Shown: positions 1 through 13,642, numbered from the stretch's first letter. The stretch: DNA of 64,000 nt from Eledone cirrhosa (GCA_964016885.1 OZ024741.1:323640001-323704000); one strand, 5' to 3'. Notes: generated by a model from the sequence alone, not told the origin. Numbers and translations are program-made.

Positions 1-17
1 GAGAAGGTGAAGTAGTT

Positions 18-137
18 AGTCTACGATCGTTTCAGAGAGCACAATAATCGATATGTTAACCGATCAGTAGCAATTATTAGCTCCATATTATTAGCTTTGA
101 GAAAATACATTCATTTTGCCGTCCATCTTCAGAAACC
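18..137 (-). ncRNA. Degenerate type I hammerhead-like motif (Penelope pLTR type)
   Basis: Minus strand: CUGAAGA (132-126), about 90 nt, then GAAAC-GAUC-GUA (33-22) with a palindromic minimal stem III. Stems I and II are imperfect. Confidence 0.4.
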
Positions 138-247
138 ACAACTCAACCTTGTCTTATTCTTTAATGGTTTAACATTACATATCACACTCAGTAGCTTTCA
201 ATACACAACGGCATAACAGATTTCATATATATATATATATGTGTGTA

Positions 248-282
<35 letters not shown>

Positions 283-296
283 ATATATATATATAT

Positions 297-468
297 AGTG
301 GTGGAACACTGGAAGGTAATATCCGTAGTGATAGAGCACTCAGTCCATGGGACGTGTTAGGTAGAAGTGGTTACACAACAGTTAGTTCACCAGTTAGTTT
401 CCGAGCTGAGGATCCGCTAAGGTGAAACAATTCTTCTCGGTATGGTGAACTAACTGTTGTGTAACCAC

Positions 469-473
<5 letters not shown>
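297..473 (+). mobile_element. Penelope-like pLTR fold-back module in (TA)n
   Basis: Perfect 31-bp inverted repeat 362-392/443-473 enclosing CCGAG-CTGAGGA-...-GAAAC-AATT-CTT-CTCGG (decayed hammerhead). Related sequence at 13790-13830 (rc) and 54848-54888. (TA)n on both sides. Confidence 0.55.
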
Positions 474-543
<70 letters not shown>

Positions 544-544
544 G

Positions 545-629
<85 letters not shown>

Positions 630-855
630 CAAATATAAATTCAGCGAGAATCGCATTTCGGCGGGTAGAAAAAGGGAAACGAAACGCAAAAATCAGAGTT
701 TGGCTGCCAAGCGTTCCCTAGTTAAAAAAACCAGAGCTAAACAATATTTTAAAACGCTATACAAACTGAGAAGTGGTCAAGAAGGCATTAACCACCTAAG
801 CCAAAAAGCAAATCAAGCTAAACAGGTCAAAACAAAATTAATGATAAAGAAATAG

Positions 856-990
856 ACCTGGACCTATTGGAATTGATGGTAAAATCCAAATGCAGGGTTT
901 CTATGACACCTTAATCAATAATACTGTCTGCTTAAAACTATAAGCTTTAGGTATAATGATCGAACAAGGTATATCACGTTATCAACAGGT
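856..990 (-). ncRNA. Type I hammerhead ribozyme, U3-A8 core variant, long stems II and III
   Basis: Minus strand: ACCUG-UUGAUAA-c-GUGA(UA)UACCUU...AAGGUG-UCAU-a-GAA-ACC..UUGGA...UCCAA..GGU-C-CAGGU. Stem I is ACCUG/CAGGU; GUC triplet at 863-861. Confidence 0.65.
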
Positions 991-1018
991 ATTTTTCTCT
1001 GTACCAAGTTTGTGAATG

Positions 1019-1376
<358 letters not shown>

Positions 1377-1429
1377 ATTTATATATATATATATATGTAT
1401 ATATGTATATATATATATGTATATATGTA

Positions 1430-1468
<39 letters not shown>

Positions 1469-1734
1469 GTTTATATATATATACATATATATATAGTGTA
1501 GATGATTCAGTGAATTACTGGTGTTGGTACCATTCTATGCACAGGTAGAGTGTATGTTTTTTAGTCATATGGCATTTCAGATCGATAGTGGAGTCGGGTC
1601 CATAACTCCTATGGGTGACTTTGAGCCAATCCTCTGCGGGACGCGCGTAACAGGTCGATACACAATAAATATCATATACATGTAAACGAAACTTGCTCGT
1701 TTTTTTCTTCTAATATATATATATATATATGGCA

Positions 1735-1915
1735 TCAAAAAGCGTGGTTGGCCCAACGGGAGTGAGAGTAGTTCACGTTAGGACCCCATTCGAGAAGAAA
1801 ATCTCTGCGACTCGATGGCAGTCAATGATGTTGACCAGTTCTTCTTTTTGAATACCCGTCACCGTTGTTCAGACAGTGAGATTGGTACAGTGCAAGCTTC
1901 AAGCACAGGCATAAC
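1735..1915 (+). mobile_element. Decayed RTE-type 5' UTR fragment
   Basis: AATGATGTTGAC..TTCTTCTTTTTG..AGTGAGATTGG block shared with 32425-32490 and 49292-49360. Confidence 0.45.
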
Positions 1916-2121
1916 CTGATCTAAACGACTTTCATGAGTGTTGAGTGAACATCGCCTTTTCTTTTTTCTTTCGCTGCAACATACGTAGAAAGGACTCTAA
2001 GTCTTTGAAAGGGCTAAACAGTCACGTTTGTGCCGCCCATGTAAAGAAAAAGGTCAAGAGATGACACTTCGTGCAACTGGGATGCAGCAACTATATATCT
2101 ATGACGGCTGAGAGATAGAGA

Positions 2122-2199
<78 letters not shown>

Positions 2200-2329
2200 A
2201 GTACTCAATACCGAAGTAGAGTTTTAATATTCATTTTTATTAAGGCTAAAAAGTGAGTCTTGTTACTCCGGAGTTTCGCCTGTTTACGAGAAAAATTTTT
2301 GTCTGATGACCTTGTTATATATATACATA

Positions 2330-3640
2330 TAGGAAAAGAGTCAGGACCCAGAGGGCTGAGCTCCGGCCGTTTCGTCTGCTAGATCCGAACTAACTCCATG
2401 TACACCCCTATGTACACCACCCACTCCACACACCCAACCACCACTAACCCCCACTTACACACCCGCTTTCCACCTTTTCTCCATCACATGTAATACTAAA
2501 ACCCACTAACACCTCCTTTACCACACACACACTCATCCAAACACGCACACACACCAGTACACTACACTCCCTCCTCCGTCCCAAACACCTCTTCTCTCCC
2601 CTCTCTATCTCTCCCTCTCCCCGCTCCACCCACTCCCCTTCACGCACACACACCCCACTAACACCTCTACTAATATACACCTCATCGCCCCACTTCACCA
2701 CATTCTCCCTCCACCCTTCACACCTACCCATCCTCTCTCCTGTCCACCGCACCTTCGCACACACAGACACACACACAGTCCTCACCTCACTCCACCTGTC
2801 ATCCCACTCTACTGCTGTCTCTACACCCTATCTTGACCCTCTGACCACTTCCTGTTGCGCGCGCACTCCACTTCCCTCCACTTCCTACCACCACCAACAT
2901 TGGCTTCTACACTTTCGGTCATCTCTCCAACCATCCTCTCCATATCTTTAAAAATATCCAGCAACTCTCACCACATCTGACGGAACTACCTCAGGACCTT
3001 ACCCACGAATATACACTCACACATTCTTTTCGCACCACGCCACCCACATCTACACCACATATAAACACAAACACACACGTGCGTACCCCCACATATACGC
3101 AACCTCCGAATCCACACGCCACCTCCCCCACCCTCTGACCCCTCTCCTTCCACACGCACGCACACACCGACTTACATCCCACCCCACGCATACACCTTTT
3201 CCTGAACATGGAACCTTGTTCTTCCTCAAACTCTCACATACACACGCACACACACTCACGTACACCTACACACATACACAAACACCACCTTCAGCGTTCC
3301 TGGCTTCGACCCCCCGCCTCCCTCGCCTAATTCCAGCCGCCACCACCCTTACAGGCCTCACACCCTTACAGGCCTCACACCCTTCCACAACTTGTCCATC
3401 TTATTGTTTATTCTTATGTTTATTTTTACGTTTACTTTTGTTTTTATTCTTATTCGTTCTCCTTCCCCCTTTTTTCTAAATGTATTTCCACACACTCTCT
3501 GAACTCTCTTCCTAACCTATTTACTCCTGAAGAAGGGCTTATGCCCGAAACGCCCCCCCCCAAACTCTCAAAAGCGTGAACCTAATAAACCTTTATTTGT
3601 CTGCCTCTCTGTTTTGTTCCCGTATAAATTTGCACTATAT
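2330..3640. mobile_element. Penelope-like remnant(s): half-hammerhead at left end, minimal hammerhead core at 3527-3551
   Basis: CTGAAGA-A-GGGC-TTAT-GCCC-GAAAC at 3527-3551 (stem III lost to a C-run), followed by AATAAA and (TA)n. 2330-2390 resembles the 34200 family on the minus strand. Confidence 0.5.
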
Positions 3641-3651
3641 ATATACATGAA

Positions 3652-3718
<67 letters not shown>

Positions 3719-3779
3719 ACACACACAGAGATAAGTATGATGATGATAATGATGATGATGGTACTAGAGCCTCTGTCGA

Positions 3780-4085
3780 CTTCTCTGATCAAATGAACTA
3801 CCACCTCGTTGAATTAACGTACAATATTCCATAGACATGTGTTACTTTAACGTAATTCTCAGACGAAATTGACTGCGATGTAATATATTACATGTCTTGA
3901 TTATGAATTTTAAATAACACTCCATTTGATATGCTTTCACACAGTTTCCAACTATCAACTTTCACTTACAAGGCTTCTGTCGACCCGGAGGCTCAGATAA
4001 AATACATTTGTCCAAAATGTTACGCACTGTGATTAAATCGGGTGTTGTCTTCATTATGAAGCGAACCTTTTAACCACTCAGTCAC
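3780..4085 (-). mobile_element. Decayed SINE(s), second family group
   Basis: Shares blocks with 8310-8620, 12240-12520, 14165-14315 and 15925-16030. Confidence 0.55.
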
Positions 4086-4250
4086 ACAAACACCTATACA
4101 CACACTCACACATGCACACACACATACACACACACACACACACACACGTAGACGCAAACATTCCTATGGATCAATACACGCGCCTACTGAAACAGGTCAA
4201 CAACGTATGAAATACATCATGACATGAACACATACATGTATACACTCACA

Positions 4251-4381
4251 CACATTAATACCAGACCAATACATATACACATTAATACCAGACCAACACG
4301 TATACACATTAATACCAGACCAACACATATACACATTAATACCAGACCAACACATACACATATTAATACCAGACCAACACA
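4251..4381. repeat. 27-bp minisatellite, about 5 copies
   Basis: Unit CACATTAATACCAGACCAACACATATA, running into (CA)n. Confidence 0.9.
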
Positions 4382-5399
4382 CACACACACACACACATAC
4401 TTATACACACTCACATGTCTGTCTACGTGGCTATCAGGAAATTGTTTGAGCAAATATTTGAAGTCAGCTATTTATACAGGACCTGTTGCTAATTTAATGC
4501 TTTCAGCTTTCTTGTTAATTGGAACAGTAGGAGTGAAGTGATAAATTGTCATATGTTATAGTTTGACATCCGTTGATATTTAGAGCGAGTATAATAATAA
4601 TGGGAAGGCGGCCAGGTGAACGAACCCTTACAAAGTCGTACAGAATGAATCGTAGTATTCGTTCCATCACTATACGCTCCAAATTAAAATATCATCGAAC
4701 TTTGGCTTTCATCTTTTGGGGGCCAATAAATAAAGTACCAGTCAAGTACTAGGAGTCGATTCTTTCTGTATTTCCCTTCCATACTTTCTCTTTTTCTGAA
4801 AGAAACCGATGTGTTGGAGAGGAATGAGATCTGCCAGGCTTAAGTGTCTATGACTGTCAGGACGGCACCAATACGACTCCATCAGAAGTTCAAGACACCA
4901 GAGTTAACGATGGAAGTAGTATGGGAGGGATTGTGGAGAGACTGGAGGAATAGTGTAATGTGGATGGATCTTGGAGAGAGACATTGAAGAATACTGTATC
5001 ATGTCGTATGTAGTAGCAAAGATCGAGGAACCATAAGGACAAGAGTTATTACGACAATGCAAAGATAAGGAGCGTAAATAGTAGGGCAATGTTTATGGGA
5101 ACGTCTATCTGATTTTCGTGAGCGAGGACGAAACGAAAAGATATGCAGAGCTAGTGCGCAAAACAATCGGTCACAGGTTTGTACCTCAGGGCGATGACAC
5201 GCAAAAGTAACACTCAGGGCCACACCAAACGGTATTAAATCCTGGGTCATTGTCTTTTCGTCTTTCTAAAGCAATAAGTGCCAAAGTAAGGAGAAAGGAC
5301 ATGTGGTAGGGAGCGGTCAGTATGGAGCTGCAACTTATCACGACCTTTCAGCATTACAAAGCCATTCCAAACTGCCGTTATGGGCGCAGAATCAAAAGC

Positions 5400-5590
5400 A
5401 ATAATAATGATTTCTACTTTAGGCACAAGGCCAGTAATTTGAAGGGGAGGGGAAAATCGATTAAATCGACCCCAGTGCATTACTAGTGCTTTATTTTATC
5501 GAGCCCGTAAGGATGAAAGGCAAAGTTAACCTCGGCGGGATTTGAATTCAGAATGTAAAGGGCCGTGACTCTATGCCACGAAGCATGTTG
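5400..5590 (-). mobile_element. tRNA-derived SINE (family 1)
   Basis: Reverse complement of the 6851-7028 copy, with a longer 3' part. Confidence 0.8.
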
Positions 5591-5619
5591 TTCGATGCTC
5601 CACCGATTCTGCCAATTCA

Positions 5620-6755
5620 CCGCCACTCATTCTTGGATAACCAAAAGCCTAGAGATCTTCAAGGTGGCAGACAACACCAGACAGTTATTAAGTAAAAGTA
5701 TGAAGTCCTGGGAAACTGCTAACATCGGGTGGAGAATCCGTGGGAGGAGCGAAGATCAAGAGAGGTATCTTCCAAGGAGATAGTTTGTCCTCTTTGTTGT
5801 TTGTCCTTACCCTCATACCATTGTCCCTCATATTGCGAAAAGTGAAAGCAGGATACAAGCGGAGAAGAGGAGAGCTTACCATTAACCACCTCCTTTTCAT
5901 AGACGATCTAAAACTCTTTGGGAAAAGCGAAAAGGAGTTGGATGTACTTGTTAACACTGTCCGTATTTTCAGCAATGATATATGTATGGAATTTGGTGTT
6001 AATAAGTGTGGAGTCCTAGTGATGAAGAGGGGTAAATTGAGCAGAAGCAACGGAATCTAGGTACCAACAGGTGAGATGATAAAGGAAATCGACACTGAAG
6101 AGAGATACAAATATTTGGGTGTTCTGGAGGCAGATGATATCAAGAACAATAAAATGAAGGAATTGATATGATCTGAATACACAAGGAACATGCTAAAATC
6201 ACATCTAAATAGTAGGAATGACGTAAGTGCAGTAAATTCCCGAGCTGTGTCTATCATTAGGTACAGTGCAGGAATTCTGAAATGGAATGTTACTGAACAA
6301 AAAGAAATGGATAGAAAGAGTAGGAAGCTAATGACTACCTACAGCATGTTCCACAAGAGGAGTGATGTTGATAGACTCTACTTAAAGAGATCTGAAAATG
6401 GAAGATGTCTTATCAGCATAGAGGACTGTGTTCAGATCGAGAAAAGCAGTCTGCACAAATATGTGTCCGAGAGTAGGGAGCCAATGCTCAAAGTTGTACT
6501 GAAGGAGAAGACAATAGATCAGGGGATGTCCTAGGAAGAAATAACAACAAAGAGGAAGAGCAACCTTCATGAAAAGTCCCTTCATAGCACCTTTTTTAAG
6601 AAAACGGAATTCAGAGATCCACAGACATGGAGGTGGTTAAAAAGAGGATACATTAAAAGAGCTACAGAAGGAGTGCTGCATGAATGGCTGCACAAGAGCA
6701 GGCTCTCAAAACGAAGTGGGTGAAAGACCACATTAACACGGATCTGTAGGTTCTG

Positions 6756-6825
<70 letters not shown>

Positions 6826-6852
6826 GGCTCACATCGTATCCGAGTGTAAACA
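5620..6852 (+). pseudogene. Decayed R4/Dong-type non-LTR retrotransposon fragment (family C): RT to CCHC knuckle
   Basis: RGIFQGDSLS, HLLFIDDLKL, MEFGVNKC, DVDRLYLKR; CRFCG..TVAHIVSEC split by (GA)n. Contains stops and frameshifts. Confidence 0.9.
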
Positions 6853-7028
6853 GTATCGGTAGAGGGTCGGACGCCATGCTTTCCAGCATAGTTACGTCCC
6901 TTTACGATCTGAGTTCAAATCCCGCCGAAGTTGACTTTGCCTTTCATCCTTACGGGGTCGATAAAATAAAGTACCAGTAATGCACTGGGTAATTGCTGGC
7001 CTTGTGCCTAAAGTAGAAACAATTATTA
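6851..7028 (+). mobile_element. tRNA-derived SINE (family 1)
   Basis: B-box-like GAGTTCAAATCCC, 3' ATT tail, about 10 copies in the window. Confidence 0.9.
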
Positions 7029-7291
7029 GATTGTATTCTATAATTATGTTAGTTGTAAATAATTGAGCACCTTTATATGATTGAATATCATCCTGTTGTA
7101 AATATGTAAAGTACATGACGTGCGCAATCTGGTGTGCTTATTTTGTATTCAGAGAAACTCACTGCATACATTGGAAGCATATTGTATGCAATGAGTTTCT
7201 CTGCCTTAGGTGTCGGGAAGAGACTCAGAAAGAAATGGAAACAAAACTAAAGGAAGAGGAAAAGCATAAACAATAATAATGGTATACACAT

Positions 7292-7347
<56 letters not shown>

Positions 7348-7409
7348 GTTAGAATAAAAAAAAAAATAGTAAAATATTAAAATATTAGGTGGATGAACGC
7401 TCAATACTT

Positions 7410-7521
<112 letters not shown>

Positions 7522-8004
7522 TGTACCATCAATTGTATCTGCATCTTGTGAGATCTGCTTGTGCCCTAGCATTTAACTGTGGTGCTTAACAACCCCAGCG
7601 TGTACTCTCTCCTTATTCGCCATCTCCGATCTCCCTATCTTTACCCTCTATTGTATTCCGATTGTTCGTGTGACTAAGCTTGGTAGAGCTTATACTCAGC
7701 ACTGTATTTATTAAGCTCTGATGATCCCTACCCAACGGTATGGATGAAGCATTGTAAGCAAATAAAAACTGTTTGAGTATGTAAGCGTTCTTTGGTTTCT
7801 TCTACATATATATATATATATATACAGAGAGAGAGAGAGAGAGAGAGAAAGATTTATAAATTCACACTGCTTTAAAAAAAAAGAATGTGTGTTTAATGTT
7901 TTTTTTTAACATCACTTCATCTCTGACATAACGATGTTCAATAGTGACGATATTGTGGATGGTTTAAATTATTAAATCGATGATGTCAAGAAGGATGTGC
8001 TTAC

Positions 8005-8096
8005 TTTCTGTAGGTTACTCTCTAGATTCAGTTCTTGCTTTTTCAGACTTATCGTCCTCTCCATTGAAATACTGCTAAGACGATACAAAGTGAATG
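8005..8096 (-). CDS. Candidate internal exon of an unidentified host gene
   Basis: tttatatcttcttag|...aaa|gtaagc; 92 nt; open frame (A)FTLYRLSSISMERTISLKKQELNLESNLQK; phase 1 to 0. Confidence 0.5.
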
Positions 8097-8309
8097 CTAA
8101 GAAGATATAAAGTTATAAATAAATTATTGTTTCTCGTTCTTTTAAAAACCTATTTGACAAAAGCATCTCAATAATTGTGAAAACGGACGACGTACCAATA
8201 CATAATTAATTATGCGATTAACAACATCTTGTCGGGATACAGCTATTGTAATTTATGAGTTAACACTGGAATGTAATGTAGCGATATCGGTTTCGACCAT
8301 GAGTTTTGA

Positions 8310-8620
8310 TGTTGTTTATTCAACAGAACAGTCTGCTCGTGAATTTAGCGTGTAAGAAGCTGAGCATTCAACAGACATGTGTCTCCTTAAGGTAATTCTC
8401 GAAGTAGAGTCAATGTGAAACAATGATACAGTGTGACAAAGCTGCCCTCTGTGAATTACAGACACAATCCACCCAACAGGCTTCCAAACAGTTTTTGTCG
8501 ATCCAAATTATTTTACAAGGCTTGCGTCGACTAGAAGCTACGTTAAATGACACTGGCCCAAGATATCACGCTGTAAGATCGAACTAAATGTTTCCGAAGC
8601 GAACTCCTTAACCATTCGAC
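8310..8620 (-). mobile_element. Decayed SINE, second family group
   Basis: Colinear similarity to 3780-4085 and 12240-12520. Confidence 0.55.
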
Positions 8621-8883
8621 CAAACTGAATCTTCAATTTAACATTGAAGCATAATAGCGAGATTTTTTAAATAGATGACATGGCTGAGTGGACCAGGTAT
8701 GATAAATCATGCCAGTAGTTGGCAGGATAAAATCCATAGTAAGGATATTGTTGCTTTTCAGAGAAGTTAAGAAACGAGAGCAAAGTTAACCTCGGCAAGA
8801 TAGTAACTCTGATCATAAAGAACCAAAACTAGCACCTTTCCAACGTTCTAAACATTTCGCTAAAACACCGCATATTGCTTTCT

Positions 8884-9295
8884 AATAATTGTTTCTACTT
8901 TTGGCACAAGGCCAGTAATTACCCCAGTGCATTACTGGTACTTTATTTTATCTACCCCGTAAGGATGAAAGGCAAAGTTAACCTCGGCAGGATTTGAACT
9001 CAGATCGTAAAGGGACGTAACTATGCTGGAAAGCATGGCGTCCGACCCTCTACCGATATTGCCAGGTTTCTAATAATGGTTTCTAATACTGGTACAAGGT
9101 CAGCAATTTTTGAGGGAAAGGGAAAGTTGATTACATTGATCCCAATACTAGACTGGCACTTTATTTTATCAAACTTCAGTGGATGAAAGGCAAAGTTGAC
9201 CTCGGTGGAATTCGAGCTCAGAACGTATAGAGCTGGAACAAATATCACAAACCTTTCTTCCGACGCTCTAAAGACTCCAGAAACCACTACCAATA
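8884..9295 (-). mobile_element. Two tandem family-1 SINEs (8884-9064 young; 9072-9295 older)
   Basis: Reverse-complement match to 6851-7028. Confidence 0.85.
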
Positions 9296-9325
9296 GAATT
9301 CGTAACATAAATCTAAATATATTAC

Positions 9326-9411
9326 CTATGTACAACTGTGCCCGTCTATTACTGATCTGAAATTTGAGGGCCGTTGGAGAATATGAAAGTATAACTTTTC
9401 GTGCCATATAT
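9326..9411 (-). CDS. Candidate internal exon of an unidentified host gene
   Basis: tatatttctaag|...atag|gtaata; 86 nt; open frame YMARKVILSYSPTALKFQISNRRAQLYI; ends in phase 1, matching the 8005-8096 exon. Confidence 0.45.
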
Positions 9412-9601
9412 CTTAGAAATATATATACTCAGAGTTTCATGATGGTATCAGATATTTTCATGAAACTTTGAGTACTGACGAAAATATGTGCTTAATTGTC
9501 ATGTATTTTCAGTAATATATGTAGATAGATATATAGATAGATATATAGATAGATACGTAGATAGGTAGAGAGAGAGAGAAAGTGTGTGTGTGTGTGAGAG
9601 A

Positions 9602-9662
<61 letters not shown>

Positions 9663-10029
9663 GAGCATTTGAAACATCTGAGCCAGTCTTCTATTCTATA
9701 TATAATTACATGGTTCTCTGGTTGTATATGGATAAATTGATGATATAGATCTAGAAGCAAGACATATTGTTACATGTTCATATTGTTGCAGAGATATCTC
9801 AGTTGATTAGGTATATTGAAACAAAAATAAATAAACATACATGTAGCCTTAACTAAATAACGGTAATATAACATGGATTTTTAAAGTAAATGAATTTTTA
9901 TGTCTATATTTTTCAACAGAAACAGCAGCAACAACAACAAAAACAAAAGCGACGACCACGCTAAAGAGTACAACAACTACGATGTCTCTCCACGCCGCTT
10001 ATGTTGTCCAAAGGAAAAGTAAAGTTCTT

Positions 10030-12000
10030 TTTTTCCGTATGAGACAGCAATCACATGGAATCCCCGAAAGCGCTGCAACATCGGCAGAGTAACGTCAAGC
10101 GGTGTTGGTCTAGTAGCTGAGAATGCTCTACCATATTGTAGAACGGATGTCTTGGGTCTATTGAGGCTTCAGTTATCGACCTGTATGTGATGCTCTATAC
10201 GAAGGGTTGCAGGAGCAAAAGTAGCTATTTAGTTAGTGTAGGACGGAGACATCCAGTAATGAGCCATAAGGTGTTGATCAGGGCTGTATCTAGCTTCTTA
10301 GTATGGGAGCTCCTGCACGATACAGGGGAGCCTACTCTACAGCAAATCAGACCAAGGCTAGGGCACTGGTATGTAGGGTGGATGTGCCCCATAATGAGCC
10401 TGCCGAACGGCTTAGAAAGTTGTTACCCGTGGACACTTTTACACTTAAAAACTCGAGGTGTTGTTTGTAGGTCATCTGTCGGCCCAATTTCATTCAGAGG
10501 CAGGTTGGTGTGACGTTATATGAGAGGGGTGTGCTATCGAGGTTAATGGTGAACTGACGATTGACCTTGGTATTCAGATGGGTTGTTGTTCAATTGTCTT
10601 CAATCTCCAGGTCTTGAAATATGTTATCAGTTGGGTCTACGTTAGCCCAGACTCTATCGGAGATGGAAAGGGCGAGGTCATCTGCTTAGTCATAATCTTG
10701 TGATGTTGTTTGGGGTATGTCACTGATGCACTGGTTGAAGAACATGTGGTATAGTACCGAGCCTAGAGTGACTCCATTACGAAGGCCGTACAGTTTGCTG
10801 GTCTGTCCATCACTAGTTTTCAGGACAAAGCTTCATTTGGCTAGGGTGTTGCAGATAAACCACACCATGTGACAGACAGTAATTGTTCTTGGCAACTTCA
10901 GAGTTAGGCTCTGGTATCACAGCATCATAGGCTGCGATGAAGTCTACCAAGATTGGGGTCCTATTAGAAGCTGTCTTCAATGTAATTGGTCAGCTTGACG
11001 ATCTGTTGTACTCTGTTCCGGCCACGGTGAAAACCCGTTTGCAGAAATTTGAGTAGGCGTAGTCAAAGTTAGATAGGTTTTGTGTAGGAAGACTTCAGTA
11101 TCTGTCAGTTTTGCAAACAGTTTCCAGTTGGCCTTGCGGAAATTCTATCGTTTAGCTGGTTTGATTGGAGTTGGTCCTATTGAATTATCTGGAATGATCA
11201 GAGAAGGTCTATGCTGGGGTTTTGGAAAAGGTTTCAGGATTATGCAATGAGGGGATGAGTCTTTCAGATTGGTGAAAGTGAGGTCAAGAATTAAGGTTGT
11301 ATTCCATGCTGGTTTCTTAGGTTCTTTGTAGTCCAGCTATCGAGGACTAGTCCTCTAGTGTAGCACTATTTGAAATGGTGATCCTGAAGCCCCACGTGAT
11401 GCTGTAGCTGTTGAAATCATCAGCGTAAATGTAAGGTGTGTTAAAGCCAGAGAGAGAATCTGTCTGAAATCGAGATGAATGGAGTCTGTTGACATTCAAG
11501 ACAGTACGCCCTTCAATTTTAGTTGCCACCCATTTCGCAGTTGAGTTTGATGTGGAGGAGGCTAATGCTTTGCATTCGACTGTATTTTTGATGAAGGGGA
11601 CCGTTAAGGTGAAGCCAAGGATCTTTATTCGTCAATTATTAGTTGTATGCTTCTATTGAAGGAGAACTGCTGTGACTTTATATGTCCGTAGAAGGTATTC
11701 AATGATGTTCATCTTAGCTTTCGTAGGACCTTCAGCATTTAGTTGCAGCACAGTCATGCTTTCCATTAAGACATCACGTGATTCCTGCTCTGAAGAAGCT
11801 ACGTGCTTGCAGTTGTAGAGGATGAATTACCAGACTTGTAAAAATTGCGGGGATATGTATAATGTTGAGTATCTGCTGCTGTCTCAGGTTGTTGTCGCTC
11901 AGTTGATAACTGATCAGTTTCCATGGACAGGCTCTCGATGAGGTCGACAATCCTGGGGCCTAAAGTAAATGCCGACACAGTGCGGCACCTGTGTTCTCGC
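10030..12000 (-). pseudogene. Heavily decayed Ingi-like LINE (APE + RT)
   Basis: MTVLQLNAEGPTKAKMNII at about 11757; YIYADDFNS..TWG; RT NGVTLGSVL..FFN..ISDIP..*ADDLAL at about 10670-10790. Confidence 0.7.
11892..11961 (-). ncRNA. Degenerate HDV-like ribozyme upstream of the Ingi-like ORF
   Basis: P1 AGGCCCC/AGAGCCU (2 mismatches), P2 UUGUCG/CGACAA, J4/2-like CUGAG, pseudoknot order correct. P3/L3 is too short. Confidence 0.45.
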
Positions 12001-13475
12001 AATACACATTTTTAGCCTGATTTGGCCATAGCAGCGCGAAATATAATGCCTTTATCAAAGATACAACGCGTCACTGAGTCCGAAAATTGAACTCACATTA
12101 TGGCCATGATTCCAGTACTCAAACCACTGGGCTATGCGTTATCACTAACCTCTCGAAGTAGATGTGTTATAATCAAGTCACCGAAGCAGTGGAACTCACG
12201 TTTCTGTTGTTGGATCTCCATCGGCGGGGACGATGTATATTTTAGTTGTTCGTCCAGATGAACAGACTGCTCATGAAAGTAACGAGCAATTGACTGAGCA
12301 TTCCATAGACACGTATACTTTTAAGATAATTCCCAGGGAGATTCAGTGTGTCACTGTGTGTGACAAGGTCGATTCTTTTGAATTACAGATAGGACTCATT
12401 TTCCCCCAGCCAAGTGTAAGGGAGCAATGCGAAATATGGTGTATTACTTGAAGACATAATATGCTGCCGGGAGTGGAATTTACGACCTAACCTTACGATC
12501 ATGAACCGAACACACTAACTCACGTGAACACGTGAATAAACTAAAAACAATTGTACAGTATTTGACTACAGAAAAGAACTGCAGTTGACTGGAGTGGTGA
12601 GAATTTTAGAAGAGGAACGCTCCGGTTATTCTGACAGCGGTAAATCTTACAGTTGATTTGGTCATGGATGGAACGTCATTCTAGGATAATAAGTAGGTCT
12701 GTTAGAATAAGCTCTGATCTCCAGCTAAATATCATCAACGTTACCAACAAAAAACATCACCACCACCACTTCCCCCAACGATTCCCACTACGACTACCTT
12801 CACTACCAGTACTGCCAACCCCAGCAACAGTAACAGCATCACCATCACCACAATCACCACCATGACCATTTTCCTGTTTATCCCATTCTCCCTCAAGCGG
12901 CCCCTACCCCACCTTGTATATTCTCTATCCTCAACAAAAATAGATTCTTCCCCTCCCATCCCTCCGAAAAAATATCGATCTTTTTACAATTTAATTGATG
13001 CAACAAAGAAAAAGAAACATGACCCCCCCCCCCCTTTAATCAATATTCGCCATTGTTCTTTCTTTATATTTCATTCACTTTCTTCTTTTTTCTTTTTTCT
13101 TCAAAATGTTTTCGTTGTTGCTTTATTTGCAATTTTCTTTTATCTTTCGTGAGGGCGCATGGCTTAGCTCAGTAGTTAGCATGTTCGGTTAACAATGGGA
13201 AGGTCACATGTTCAACAGAAACACAAGCATTGAGACAAACAGACATTCCCCCCCCCTCACACACAGTATGGAACTGTATTAACGACAAGATCGCAGACAA
13301 TGCGACGAAGATTTTGATGTTAAGAACTATAAAATGTTAACAGTTTTTGCATGTTTTTTGAATGACAAAAGTGACTCTTTCATGGTTTCACACACACACA
13401 CACACAGACACTGGCACACACATACACGCACACAACAGACACGCACACGCACACAAACACAAGCTCACACACACA

Positions 13476-13514
<39 letters not shown>

Positions 13515-13642
13515 GATGATGATTCTGTGAGTGCACAGGTGAAACGCTAGAGTAACAATGTTCACCAGTTACCCATAATAAATTGATATTTAAACTCTAC
13601 GTCGGTACTGAGTACCCATTCTCACACCTGCCAAAAATCCAC

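Noticed and set aside
4251-4381. CRISPR-like appearance of the 27-bp repeat (also the 57-bp array and the 46.4-kb motif)
   Set aside because: Tandem units lack unique spacers, there are no cas genes, and the context is eukaryotic.
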